Shown here in pieces: positions 44,646 through 52,927 of a DNA stretch of 64,000 bases. Made by a program: the position numbers and the translations under genes. Below the pieces are notes generated by a model. It had not been told where the DNA came from, searched no databases, and saw nothing but the letters and a program-made list of their open reading frames with translations. The stretch comes from Treponemataceae bacterium. GTDB lineage: Bacteria > Spirochaetota > Spirochaetia > Treponematales > Rectinemataceae. The stretch covers positions 1,472,001 to 1,536,000 of the forward strand of contig CAXXVZ010000003.1 in NCBI GenBank assembly GCA_963678065.2, written 5' to 3'. Each line of letters starts with the position of its first letter. The stretch's first letter is position 1.

Positions 44646-45313
44646 GCTTTATCCTGACTCCTCGCAAGGGGTAAATCGGCATCGATGGCCAGTCTGACGA
44701 GACCGATGTCCGATTCGACACCAAGTTTCTTCTTGATATTCCGCTTGTGGATGTCGACGGTTTTCCGGGATATTCCCAGTTCAGCCGCTATGGCTTTCGG
44801 AGGCTTCTCTTCGCAGAAGAGGCGAAGAATCCTGCGCTCGCGGTCGGTGAGCGAGGAGAACCTCCCCCCTCGGAACAAATCGCAGGAGGTGCTTCCGGCA
44901 AGATATGAAACGACAATCAGGTCAAGAATCTCCGGACTCAGAAACCGATGCCCTGAAAGCACAGTTTTTATGGCACGATCGAGTTCTTCGTAGGCGCTCA
45001 TTTTGAGGACAAAGCCGTCCGCACCGGCTTCCAGCAAGCCCTTCGTGAGGGATTCGTTGCGTTGGTCTGAGAGTATGATGACTCTGGATAATGGAGAAGC
45101 GGACTTGAGCGCGGGCACCAAGTCCAAAGCGGATTCGTTGTGGAGCACAATATCGGTGAGTATGACGTCGGGTAGCAGTTCGCCTGCCAAAGAAAGTGCT
45201 TCTCCTCTGAACGAGGCTTCGCCGGCAACGATCGTGGCGTCCCGCGTGGAAAGCAGCATTTTTAACCCTTCCCTGAAGAGCGTGTGCGCGTCGACAAGAA
45301 GTATTCGCATCAT
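44642..45313 (-). CDS. NarL/LuxR-family response regulator (paralog 1)
   Basis: VDAH.LFREGL, VILTD and LT.RE...IAAELGISRKTVDIH motifs. Confidence 0.85.
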   Translation of the reverse strand: MMRILLVDAHTLFREGLKMLLSTRDATIVAGEASFRGEALSLAGELLPDVILTDIVLHNESALDLVPALKSASPLSRVIILSDQRNESLTKGLLEAGADGFVLKMSAYEELDRAIKTVLSGHRFLSPEILDLIVVSYLAGSTSCDLFRGGRFSSLTDRERRILRLFCEEKPPKAIAAELGISRKTVDIHKRNIKKKLGVESDIGLVRLAIDADLPLARSQDKA

Positions 45314-45571
45314 GCTAGTCTGCCATCCCTGATTTCCCGGATCCCCGGTGGAAGCAAATATGGCGCTCTCCACCCGCCAACTTTGATTTCAACCATTCCG
45401 GGGTGCTCCGTTTCTTCCATGTTATGAGATTTAGCGAGCATATCTTCATCAGACAGGAGCCGGAAATAGGAAATATGGGAAAATGCGGATAAAGAAAACC
45501 ATGCAGAATAAGCATATGCGTAGAAAACTCCTACGGGACGACTGCCATCCGGGTCAGACCTCGATCATTTT

Positions 45572-46222
45572 CTAAAAAGAGAAATCGGCATCGAGGATGA
45601 GCCTGACAAGGCCTATGTCTGATTCTACACCGAGTTTTCTCCGGATGTTCCGCTTGTGAATATCCACCGTCTTGCGGGATATGCCCAACTCCGCCGCTAT
45701 GACATTCGGAGTTTTTTCATCACAAAAAAGGTGGAGTATCCTTCGCTCTCGGCTAGTGAGCGTTGTAAACCTTCCCTCCATGCGGCCATCACAGGACGCC
45801 TTCCTCGACGCCATGGGATCAACAAGCAGATCAGAAACTTCGGGACTCAGGAACCGGCGGCCGGACTGCACCACCCTCAAGGCAAGATCGAGTTCCTTGT
45901 AGGCGCTCGTCTTGAGGACGAAACCCACTATACCCGCCTCGAACAGCTCCCGGATCTGGAATCCCGTACCGATATCGGAGAGGATGATGATTCTGGACGA
46001 GGGCGAGACAGATGCGAATTCGGAAACGATGGTACGAGCGGAGCCCTCATGCGCGGCCATGGAGAAGATAATAATGTTGGGACGCACATCGCGCACCGTG
46101 AGGTATGCATCCTGTGCGCAGGATGCTTCGCCGACAACAGCCGTGGCATCCCGGAACGAGAGCAACATTTTCAAGCCTTCCCGGAAAAGCGCATGTGCAT
46201 CGACGATAAAAATTGTCGCCAT
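45572..46222 (-). CDS. NarL/LuxR-family pseudo-receiver regulator (paralog 2)
   Basis: Paralog of the previous gene; phospho-acceptor position reads IIIFS (Asp absent). Confidence 0.8.
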   Translation of the reverse strand: MATIFIVDAHALFREGLKMLLSFRDATAVVGEASCAQDAYLTVRDVRPNIIIFSMAAHEGSARTIVSEFASVSPSSRIIILSDIGTGFQIRELFEAGIVGFVLKTSAYKELDLALRVVQSGRRFLSPEVSDLLVDPMASRKASCDGRMEGRFTTLTSRERRILHLFCDEKTPNVIAAELGISRKTVDIHKRNIRRKLGVESDIGLVRLILDADFSF

Positions 46223-46445
46223 CAGGCCGTACCTTGTGCCATGCTCCGCGGGGTAGTGTGAGGCAGGAGAAAGGCGCCCATCGTTCACTCAGAATTGCAC
46301 TAAAGCAATATGAATAGATATAAGAATAAATCTTCAACGCGTCTGTGTAAATAAGCATTTATTATCTCGCGTGTAAATGTATTGAATGTTTTGAAGTGAA
46401 TGCACAAGATTGCCGCAAAGCGGCGTTTCCGTTACACTTCGGTCC

Positions 46446-47798
46446 ATGCGGATATACAGGCTCGAAAACACGGTGCAGCGATACGTCTGGGGCAGCGTCG
46501 ACGGCCTCGCAGAAACCCTCGGTATTCCCAATCCGGAGGGAAAACCGGCGGCCGAACTCTGGATGGGGGCCCATCCCGGAGCGCCGAGCATCGCCGTCAC
46601 GGAAGGTGGCAAGCTGGGCCTCGATCAGCTCATCGCCGCGGATCCGGAGGGCAGTCTGGGCGGGTGCGTTGCCGCCAGATTCGGAAATACCCTGCCCTTC
46701 CTTTTCAAGGGACTCTCCGCAGGGACTCCGCTCTCGATCCAGACCCACCCGGACAAAAAAACCGCCGAGGCGGGATTCGCCCGTGAAAATGCCAGCGGCA
46801 TTCCTCTCTCGTCTCCGCTCCGGACCTACAAAGACAACAATCACAAGCCGGAGATGACTCTCGCCATGACCCGCTTCGAGGGGCTGTGCGGATTCCGAAG
46901 CCCCGGGACGATTGCGCGCAATCTTGAGGCGGTGCTTGGCGCGGAGTTGGCCGCGAAAATCGGGCTTGTCAGTGTCGGTGTCAGCGTCAGGAAACCGGCG
47001 CCGGAAAGCGCGGGTGAATCATTCCTGTACGACCTCGTGGCCGGCCTCCTCGGACTTGAGGGGCAGGACAAGGTAGTTCTTTTGTCCGCGCTCAGGGCCG
47101 GGATCGACTCACTCCTCGCGTCGTGGAGCGCGGGGAACAGCGGCCCCGGCGGGATCGACTCATCTGAGCAGGAGGCCTTCGCCTGGGTCGCGCGTCTCCT
47201 CGACCTGTATCCGGGGGATATGGGCGTCCTCATGCCTCTTGTCCTGAATCATGTCGCGCTACAGCCGGGAGAGGCCATCTTCATAGGAGCCGGCGTCATG
47301 CACGCGTATCTTTCGGGCACGGCTCTCGAGATCATGGCCAACTCCGACAATGTCATCCGCGGGGGACTGACGCCCAAGCACGTCGACCTGCCCGAACTCC
47401 TCAGAGTCGTGAGCTTCGAGCCGGGGCGGCCGGGGATCGAGACGGCGGAAGCAGCTGCGCCGGCCGAATTTCCCGCCCGCACAGCCGACGCGCCCGGCGG
47501 CCGGCTGCCGCGTGAGGAAGCCTGGCCCGTCCGCGCAGCCGAGTTCGCGCTTTCCCGCATCGAGCTTCCGCCGACGGAGAGCGCCGTGGGTGGAGCCGAC
47601 GCTCCGGACTCATGCTTCGGGATTCTGACGGAGGGGCCGGAGATACTTCTGTGCACGAAGGGCCGGGTCCGGATTGCAGACGGGGAAGGCTCCCTCGACC
47701 TCGCGAAAGGCGAATCGGCCTTCCTCCGCGCGGACGCGGGACAGTGCCTGATCCGCGGCGACGGAATGGTCTACCGCGCGCGGGTACCCTCCGCATGA
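46446..47798 (+). CDS. manA: Mannose-6-phosphate isomerase, class I
   Basis: Y.WGS, AELWMGAHP, LSIQTHP, YKDNNHKPE, HAYL.G and MANSDNV motifs. Confidence 0.92.
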   Translation: MRIYRLENTVQRYVWGSVDGLAETLGIPNPEGKPAAELWMGAHPGAPSIAVTEGGKLGLDQLIAADPEGSLGGCVAARFGNTLPFLFKGLSAGTPLSIQTHPDKKTAEAGFARENASGIPLSSPLRTYKDNNHKPEMTLAMTRFEGLCGFRSPGTIARNLEAVLGAELAAKIGLVSVGVSVRKPAPESAGESFLYDLVAGLLGLEGQDKVVLLSALRAGIDSLLASWSAGNSGPGGIDSSEQEAFAWVARLLDLYPGDMGVLMPLVLNHVALQPGEAIFIGAGVMHAYLSGTALEIMANSDNVIRGGLTPKHVDLPELLRVVSFEPGRPGIETAEAAAPAEFPARTADAPGGRLPREEAWPVRAAEFALSRIELPPTESAVGGADAPDSCFGILTEGPEILLCTKGRVRIADGEGSLDLAKGESAFLRADAGQCLIRGDGMVYRARVPSA

Positions 47799-48280
47799 CC
47801 CTCTGGGCAGACGCCGACAGTCTCCAGCCGGAGATCCGCGCCCTCCTGGAACGCCGCGCCGCTTCCGAAGCCGCACGGCGGGCGGGAACAGGCCTCGCCC
47901 CCCGCTTCGACCTCGTCTTTGTCGCCTCGAAAAAGCTCAAAGTCGGCCCCGCGGTCCGCTTCGAGCTCGTCGAGAAGGGAGCCGACGCAGCCGACGACCG
48001 CATAGCCGGCGGGGCCCGACCCGGAGATCTCGTCGTGACCCGCGACCTTCCTTTCGCCGAAAGACTGGCTCTCGCCGGCGTCGCCGTGCTCAACGACAGG
48101 GGGGACAGCTTCACCGCCGACAATGTCCGTGAACGGCGTTCCCTGCGCGACCGCGCGGCCGAACTGCGCGCCTTAGGGCTCGCTCCGGAGTCGTCGAAAC
48201 GCCGCAGCTGGGGGAAGAAAGAGTTCAAGGATTTCGCGGACGCGCTGGATAGGACCATCACACAATTACTTATTTTATAA
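47795..48280 (+). CDS. DUF188/YaiI-family protein
   Basis: WADADS, DAADD.I and DLVVTRDLPFA motifs. Confidence 0.8.
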   Translation: MTLWADADSLQPEIRALLERRAASEAARRAGTGLAPRFDLVFVASKKLKVGPAVRFELVEKGADAADDRIAGGARPGDLVVTRDLPFAERLALAGVAVLNDRGDSFTADNVRERRSLRDRAAELRALGLAPESSKRRSWGKKEFKDFADALDRTITQLLIL

Positions 48281-48420
48281 ATAATTGTTTTTTATTCGCG
48301 CGTATGTTTTGAAGGGACCGGTGGCGGCGCGATCGTGGCCGCCCCGGCCTCCTTTCCCGGCTCATCTTCGGCTCATCCTTGACAGAAAAGCCCGTCGCTC
48401 CTCTCGTCCCGAATCGCCCG

Positions 48421-50160
48421 CTAGCGGAGTCCCGAAACGGTCCTGAGGAGCTCGAGATCCTTCAGGAGATTCGCTTCGCCCGGGAATATCGCGAGGGAAG
48501 CGAGCAGCGAATTCTTCGCCTCGGCGTAGCGTTTCGCGTTGAACAGCGAGACGAAGCGGTTGTGCGATTCGACGATGGCATTGCTCCGGTAAACGCCCGT
48601 AAGCTCGCGGAACGTGGCGGTATCGGCCAGCCCGGCGCCGGAGAGAAACTTCCACGCGTCCAGGGCGCTTTGCTTTTTTTCCAGCCGCCCTGCTTCGCGC
48701 GAGGCGAGATACAGGCGGGCATTCTCGAGATCGGCAGGTTTTACGGCCGCGCGGACTTCGGCCGCTGAGAGATCGGCCATTCCCGAGGCGTAGTCGCGAC
48801 TGTCCTGAGCGCGGTTGTACAGGGCCATGCCGATGATGTCCTCGTAGCGGCCATGCTCGGTCGCGGGTATGAGGCCAGAGGCGGTCCGGGAGGCGATAAG
48901 GCGTCGCGCGGCTTCAAAATCCCCCGATTTGGTGAGGGCGAGGACCTGGTTGTGAGTGGCTGTCCTGACGAATTCGGCGGAGCGGGTGCTCTTTTCCGAG
49001 TACGTCGGATTGGCGAGGATGAGATCGAGGCCGCGGTTCCAGTCCCCGGACTCTCCCAGCTCGCCGAGCCAGTTGTCCACGGCGACCCGCGCGATCCGGT
49101 CCAACCCCGGCTCCTCTCCGTACTTCCCGCGCGCCTCGTTCACGAACTCCAGCGCCGACCTGTAGTCCCCCGAATTGGAAAGCTCGCCTGCGGCGTTGCG
49201 GAACCGCGTGAACATGAAATCCTTGGAATCTTTGTCTTTTTCCGAAACGAAATAGTCGACGCCGGGGCCGACGGAAGGCAGGAAGCGGTCGCCCCGGTCG
49301 GCTTCGGAGATCCGGTTCGAGAGGATGAGTGTCACGAGTCGCTTCGCGCTTATCGCTGTCCTTCCCGCGTAGTTCTTGGGCGGGACATAGGCGAAACCCG
49401 TCACTTTGCCAAACGAGTCCGAGAAATTTTTCTTCGATCCGGGATCGAAACCGTAGCGGGTCGTGGTCTCGACATCGATGCTGCCGCCCGGAACGGCCAG
49501 CACGCAGAAGGCGTGGTCGGCTGTCGAGATCCCGGAAACCTCGAGTCCGGCCGCCCGCGCGAAGACGAGAAACATGACGGCGGAGGAGACGCAGTTGAAT
49601 TCGCCGGCCGAAAAGGCGAGGTCGAGGCTGGACTGGTGTCCGGAATACCTGCGGAGATAGGTGTCGTGCATGGACAAAAGAAGCTTCTCGGCCTTTGCCG
49701 CGGGGGCGGCGATACCGGCCACTTTCGAGGCCTCGGAGCGCGCGAGGGACAGTATCTTCGCTGTCCGGAGGCGCAGGGTATCTCCTTCGAGCCCGGAAAA
49801 GGCGAGCGCCGACCGGACGAGGGCCTCGAGTTCGGGGAGGCGCACCTCGTGCGAAAGCGCCGTCGCCTCGGGGAGGGGATCGAGGCGCCAGGGGTGAGTC
49901 GGGGCGGGGCTGGATGGCGAAGGAAAAAATGCGGCGGGAAGCGGTGGCGTGGTCGACGTCGTGGTCGTAGCGACCGTCGTCGCGGGATTTGCGGGGGCGA
50001 GGGTGGTGGCCGTCGACGTTCCCGGTTTGGCCGGCTTTCCTCCCGAAGTCGCGACGATGCCGGGGCGGCTTGCGCAGCTGCCGAGGAGCGCCGCAATGGC
50101 AAAAACCGCGAGAGTGGGTGAGGCTCGGAAAAGGCGGGCGACTCCGGTGCGGTCAGACAT
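48421..50160 (-). CDS. Lipoprotein with transglutaminase-like core and TPR-like C-terminus
   Basis: Lipobox LGSC; FNCVSS (Cys), DHAFC (His) and IDVETT motifs. Confidence 0.65.
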   Translation of the reverse strand: MSDRTGVARLFRASPTLAVFAIAALLGSCASRPGIVATSGGKPAKPGTSTATTLAPANPATTVATTTTSTTPPLPAAFFPSPSSPAPTHPWRLDPLPEATALSHEVRLPELEALVRSALAFSGLEGDTLRLRTAKILSLARSEASKVAGIAAPAAKAEKLLLSMHDTYLRRYSGHQSSLDLAFSAGEFNCVSSAVMFLVFARAAGLEVSGISTADHAFCVLAVPGGSIDVETTTRYGFDPGSKKNFSDSFGKVTGFAYVPPKNYAGRTAISAKRLVTLILSNRISEADRGDRFLPSVGPGVDYFVSEKDKDSKDFMFTRFRNAAGELSNSGDYRSALEFVNEARGKYGEEPGLDRIARVAVDNWLGELGESGDWNRGLDLILANPTYSEKSTRSAEFVRTATHNQVLALTKSGDFEAARRLIASRTASGLIPATEHGRYEDIIGMALYNRAQDSRDYASGMADLSAAEVRAAVKPADLENARLYLASREAGRLEKKQSALDAWKFLSGAGLADTATFRELTGVYRSNAIVESHNRFVSLFNAKRYAEAKNSLLASLAIFPGEANLLKDLELLRTVSGLR

Positions 50161-50178
50161 GATTCTCCTCCCTGTGAA

Positions 50179-51282
50179 TTATGGAGATGGCGGAACCGTC
50201 GGGGCGGCGGCTCCATCCTGCCCCGGGGTCGGCTCTCCCTGCGCCGCGGGGACTTGGTTCGCGGCGCCTGGGGAAGCAGCTTCGGCTCCCGTCCCGGAGA
50301 CCGCGCCCACATCGCCAGCAGTGCCGGTGTCGCCGGTACCGCCTTGGGCGGGAGCCTCGTCGTCGAGGGCGGAAGGCTCGATGCCCTGGGGCGGAGGCTG
50401 GAACTGCGTCGCCTGGTCGGGAAGCTGGGCACCGCCACCCGTGTAGCGGCGCGAAAGGTAGGCGTAGCGCTCGCGGAGGATACCCGAGCGAGAGAGGTTG
50501 GAGGGATTGTACTTGATCGGCGAAGACAGGAGGGCGACGAGGCGCGCCGCCTCGTCCCGGTTCAGGGCGGCGACGGTCTTTTTGTAGTATTTCAGGGAGG
50601 CCGGCTCGATCCCGAAAAGCCCCTTGCCCCACTCCGCGTAGCCGAAATAGAGCTCAAGTATCCTGTCCTTGTCGAGGAAAGCTTCCAGTTCGAGGGCCGT
50701 GATGATCTCGAAGTACTTCCTGATATAGCTCTTTTCGGGGACGAGAAAGAGAGTTCTCGCCACCTGCATGGTGAGGGTCGACCCGCCGTAGAGGGGTCTG
50801 CCGACGATGGCGTTGATCTGTCTCGCCCTTTTGAAAGCCTCGAAATCGAGACCGTGGTGCGTGTAGAATTTGCCGTCCTCCACGGAAACCAGCATGGAAC
50901 GGATGTAAACCGGTATTTTCTTGAGGGATCGAGGTTTCGGGGCTTCAACCTTCCAGCCGTAGAGCACCGCACGGTAGACCATGATGACGCTCGCGGGTGG
51001 GTCGTAGGCCTTGTAGACGAGGATGAGGAGACAGGTCGTCACGATGTACCAGGCGTGGATGGCGAGGACGAGGAGGGCCAGAAAACGCAGCGCCCTGACG
51101 ATGAAGACCGGTTTCCCGGTGCGGGAGGCGGGACTCGCCATGACCGCGGCGGCTCCTGCCGGGAAGCTTCCGGACAGTTTGCCCGCGAGGGCTCGCGCCA
51201 TCCGGAGCTGCGCGAGCGCGCTCTCCGCAGCGGTGGATCTGCGCGGGACAAACCGGGCCGATCGGGATGATCCGGATTCCAT
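50179..51282 (-). CDS. mtgA: Monofunctional peptidoglycan transglycosylase
   Basis: EDGKFYTHHG, GGSTLTMQVAR, RKYFE and K.RILELY GT51 motifs. Confidence 0.85.
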   Translation of the reverse strand: MESGSSRSARFVPRRSTAAESALAQLRMARALAGKLSGSFPAGAAAVMASPASRTGKPVFIVRALRFLALLVLAIHAWYIVTTCLLILVYKAYDPPASVIMVYRAVLYGWKVEAPKPRSLKKIPVYIRSMLVSVEDGKFYTHHGLDFEAFKRARQINAIVGRPLYGGSTLTMQVARTLFLVPEKSYIRKYFEIITALELEAFLDKDRILELYFGYAEWGKGLFGIEPASLKYYKKTVAALNRDEAARLVALLSSPIKYNPSNLSRSGILRERYAYLSRRYTGGGAQLPDQATQFQPPPQGIEPSALDDEAPAQGGTGDTGTAGDVGAVSGTGAEAASPGAANQVPAAQGEPTPGQDGAAAPTVPPSP

Positions 51283-51370
51283 GGGAGTCGCCTGACCATA
51301 GCACGCCGGGCCTCCGAGGGCAAGAATCCTTTCGTTGACACTCTTTTTCCATAAGACTAGGATGGCTCCC

Positions 51371-52837
51371 ATGAAACGAAGGACCAGAGTCGGATTCCGG
51401 CTTTTTGCCGCGGTGAGCCTCGCCATGCTGACGGCGGCTGTCCTGCCCCTCCATTCCCAGCAAGCCGCGACGATGGGAGGCTCGAGGTCGGGTCCCCTCT
51501 CCTTCCGGATGGACAATGGGCTGGACATCATCGTTTTTTCTGACGGGTCGACCGACCCGGCGCGGACCGAACTCGTGTTCCGGGGCGGCGCCTCGGCGCA
51601 GACAAAGGACAACGCGGGAGTCTTCAATCTTCTCTCTCAACTGATACTCGGTTCCGCCGCGCCCTTTGAGCAGGCATCCTCTCCTTCCTGTCAGGTCGGG
51701 ACCGACCGCTTCGTCATAGGACTCAGCGCCAGGAAAGAGGAGCTCGACGAAGCTTTCGGCTTCCTCCGGGAGATCTCCGACGCCGACAGGATCGCAGCCG
51801 CGGTCGCCCGGGAGTCCGCCTTGGCCCAGGCGCGCGAGGCTGCCGTCTTTGCCGCGCACGCCGCGTCCGCGGATCCGGCAGCCCTCCTAGACGCCTCGGT
51901 GAACAGGAAACTGTTCGGGAAGTATCCCTGGCGCAGAGAACTCACGGGCCAGGAAAAGACACTGGCGGAACTTCCGGGCGACACGATACTCGCGGCCGCC
52001 CGCGCCTGGTTTGTCCCGAACAATGCCCTCCTCGTCGTGACGGGGGACGTGGACGGCGAAACAGTCAGAGACCTTGCCGAAAAGGCCTTCGGTTCCTGGA
52101 AAAAAGCTCCCGATCCGCTCAAGCAGAAATTGCCGGTCTTCCCGAAGCCGGGCGTGACGAGGCCGACCTGGCTGGCCCGCCAGGACCCATCCATCCCCGT
52201 GGGAACGGCCCTCGTCGATATACGCTACAGGGGACCGGACCCCGATTCCGAACCGCAGGCCTCCCGCGCGGCGCAGCTCTGGGCAGAACTCGCGGACAAT
52301 CCCTCGGGACGACTCGTCGCGGCGCTCGCCAAAAGCGCGCCGGGATTCCTGAAAACCGAGCCAATCGTCGCGCGCTACGTGCCAGAGGCGGACAGCTCAT
52401 GGATCACCCTCTCCGCCTCCCTCAAATCCGATAACGCCGCGAGCCGGGCGCAGCAGTTCAAGGAGGTGGCGCGCAACACTGAGATGTACGCCATGAAGTC
52501 CAACGCATCCTACTTCAAACCCGATGAGTACGCGGACGCGAAAAACCGCCTCATCGAGGCGAGAACGCGAAGCTTCGAAACGCCCGAAGGCGCCGCGAAG
52601 GCCCTCGAAGACGCGTGGATCCTCTGGAGCCTGGAAGAATTCATCGCCTTTCCTTCGGCTCTGGCAAAAATCGGCAGCAAGGATATCATCTCCCTGTCCG
52701 ACAACTACTTCATGAAGAACCTCGAGGTCGTCAGCCTCGGGCTCAACCCCGCCGACTACGCGAAACAGAAAAAAAGTCTCTCAGGCAACGGTTTCGAGGA
52801 AGTCAGCCAGGACAAGGCTTTCTGGTGGCAGAAATAA
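51371..52837 (+). CDS. M16 (insulinase) family protein, probably non-catalytic
   Basis: M.NGL start and WFVPNNALLVVTGDV; HxxEH replaced by NLLSQ. Confidence 0.7.
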   Translation: MKRRTRVGFRLFAAVSLAMLTAAVLPLHSQQAATMGGSRSGPLSFRMDNGLDIIVFSDGSTDPARTELVFRGGASAQTKDNAGVFNLLSQLILGSAAPFEQASSPSCQVGTDRFVIGLSARKEELDEAFGFLREISDADRIAAAVARESALAQAREAAVFAAHAASADPAALLDASVNRKLFGKYPWRRELTGQEKTLAELPGDTILAAARAWFVPNNALLVVTGDVDGETVRDLAEKAFGSWKKAPDPLKQKLPVFPKPGVTRPTWLARQDPSIPVGTALVDIRYRGPDPDSEPQASRAAQLWAELADNPSGRLVAALAKSAPGFLKTEPIVARYVPEADSSWITLSASLKSDNAASRAQQFKEVARNTEMYAMKSNASYFKPDEYADAKNRLIEARTRSFETPEGAAKALEDAWILWSLEEFIAFPSALAKIGSKDIISLSDNYFMKNLEVVSLGLNPADYAKQKKSLSGNGFEEVSQDKAFWWQK

Positions 52838-52927
52838 CCGCCTGAGCACCTGTCATGCCGGCGGGCACCACATTCGCAGGCAGGAGCGCACAACGCAGGC
52901 GGCTTTGGGCGAATGGGGACGATCCGG

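Larger units (their letters stand above)
31995..46400. mobile_element. Lower-GC accessory island (no integrase seen)
   Basis: Abrupt rise in A/T and relaxed codon bias between dinG and manA (by eye); AT-rich borders. Confidence 0.6.

Noticed and set aside
31990..46445. att sites, integrase or transposase for the island
   Set aside because: No convincing flanking direct repeat, tRNA or recombinase ORF found by eye.
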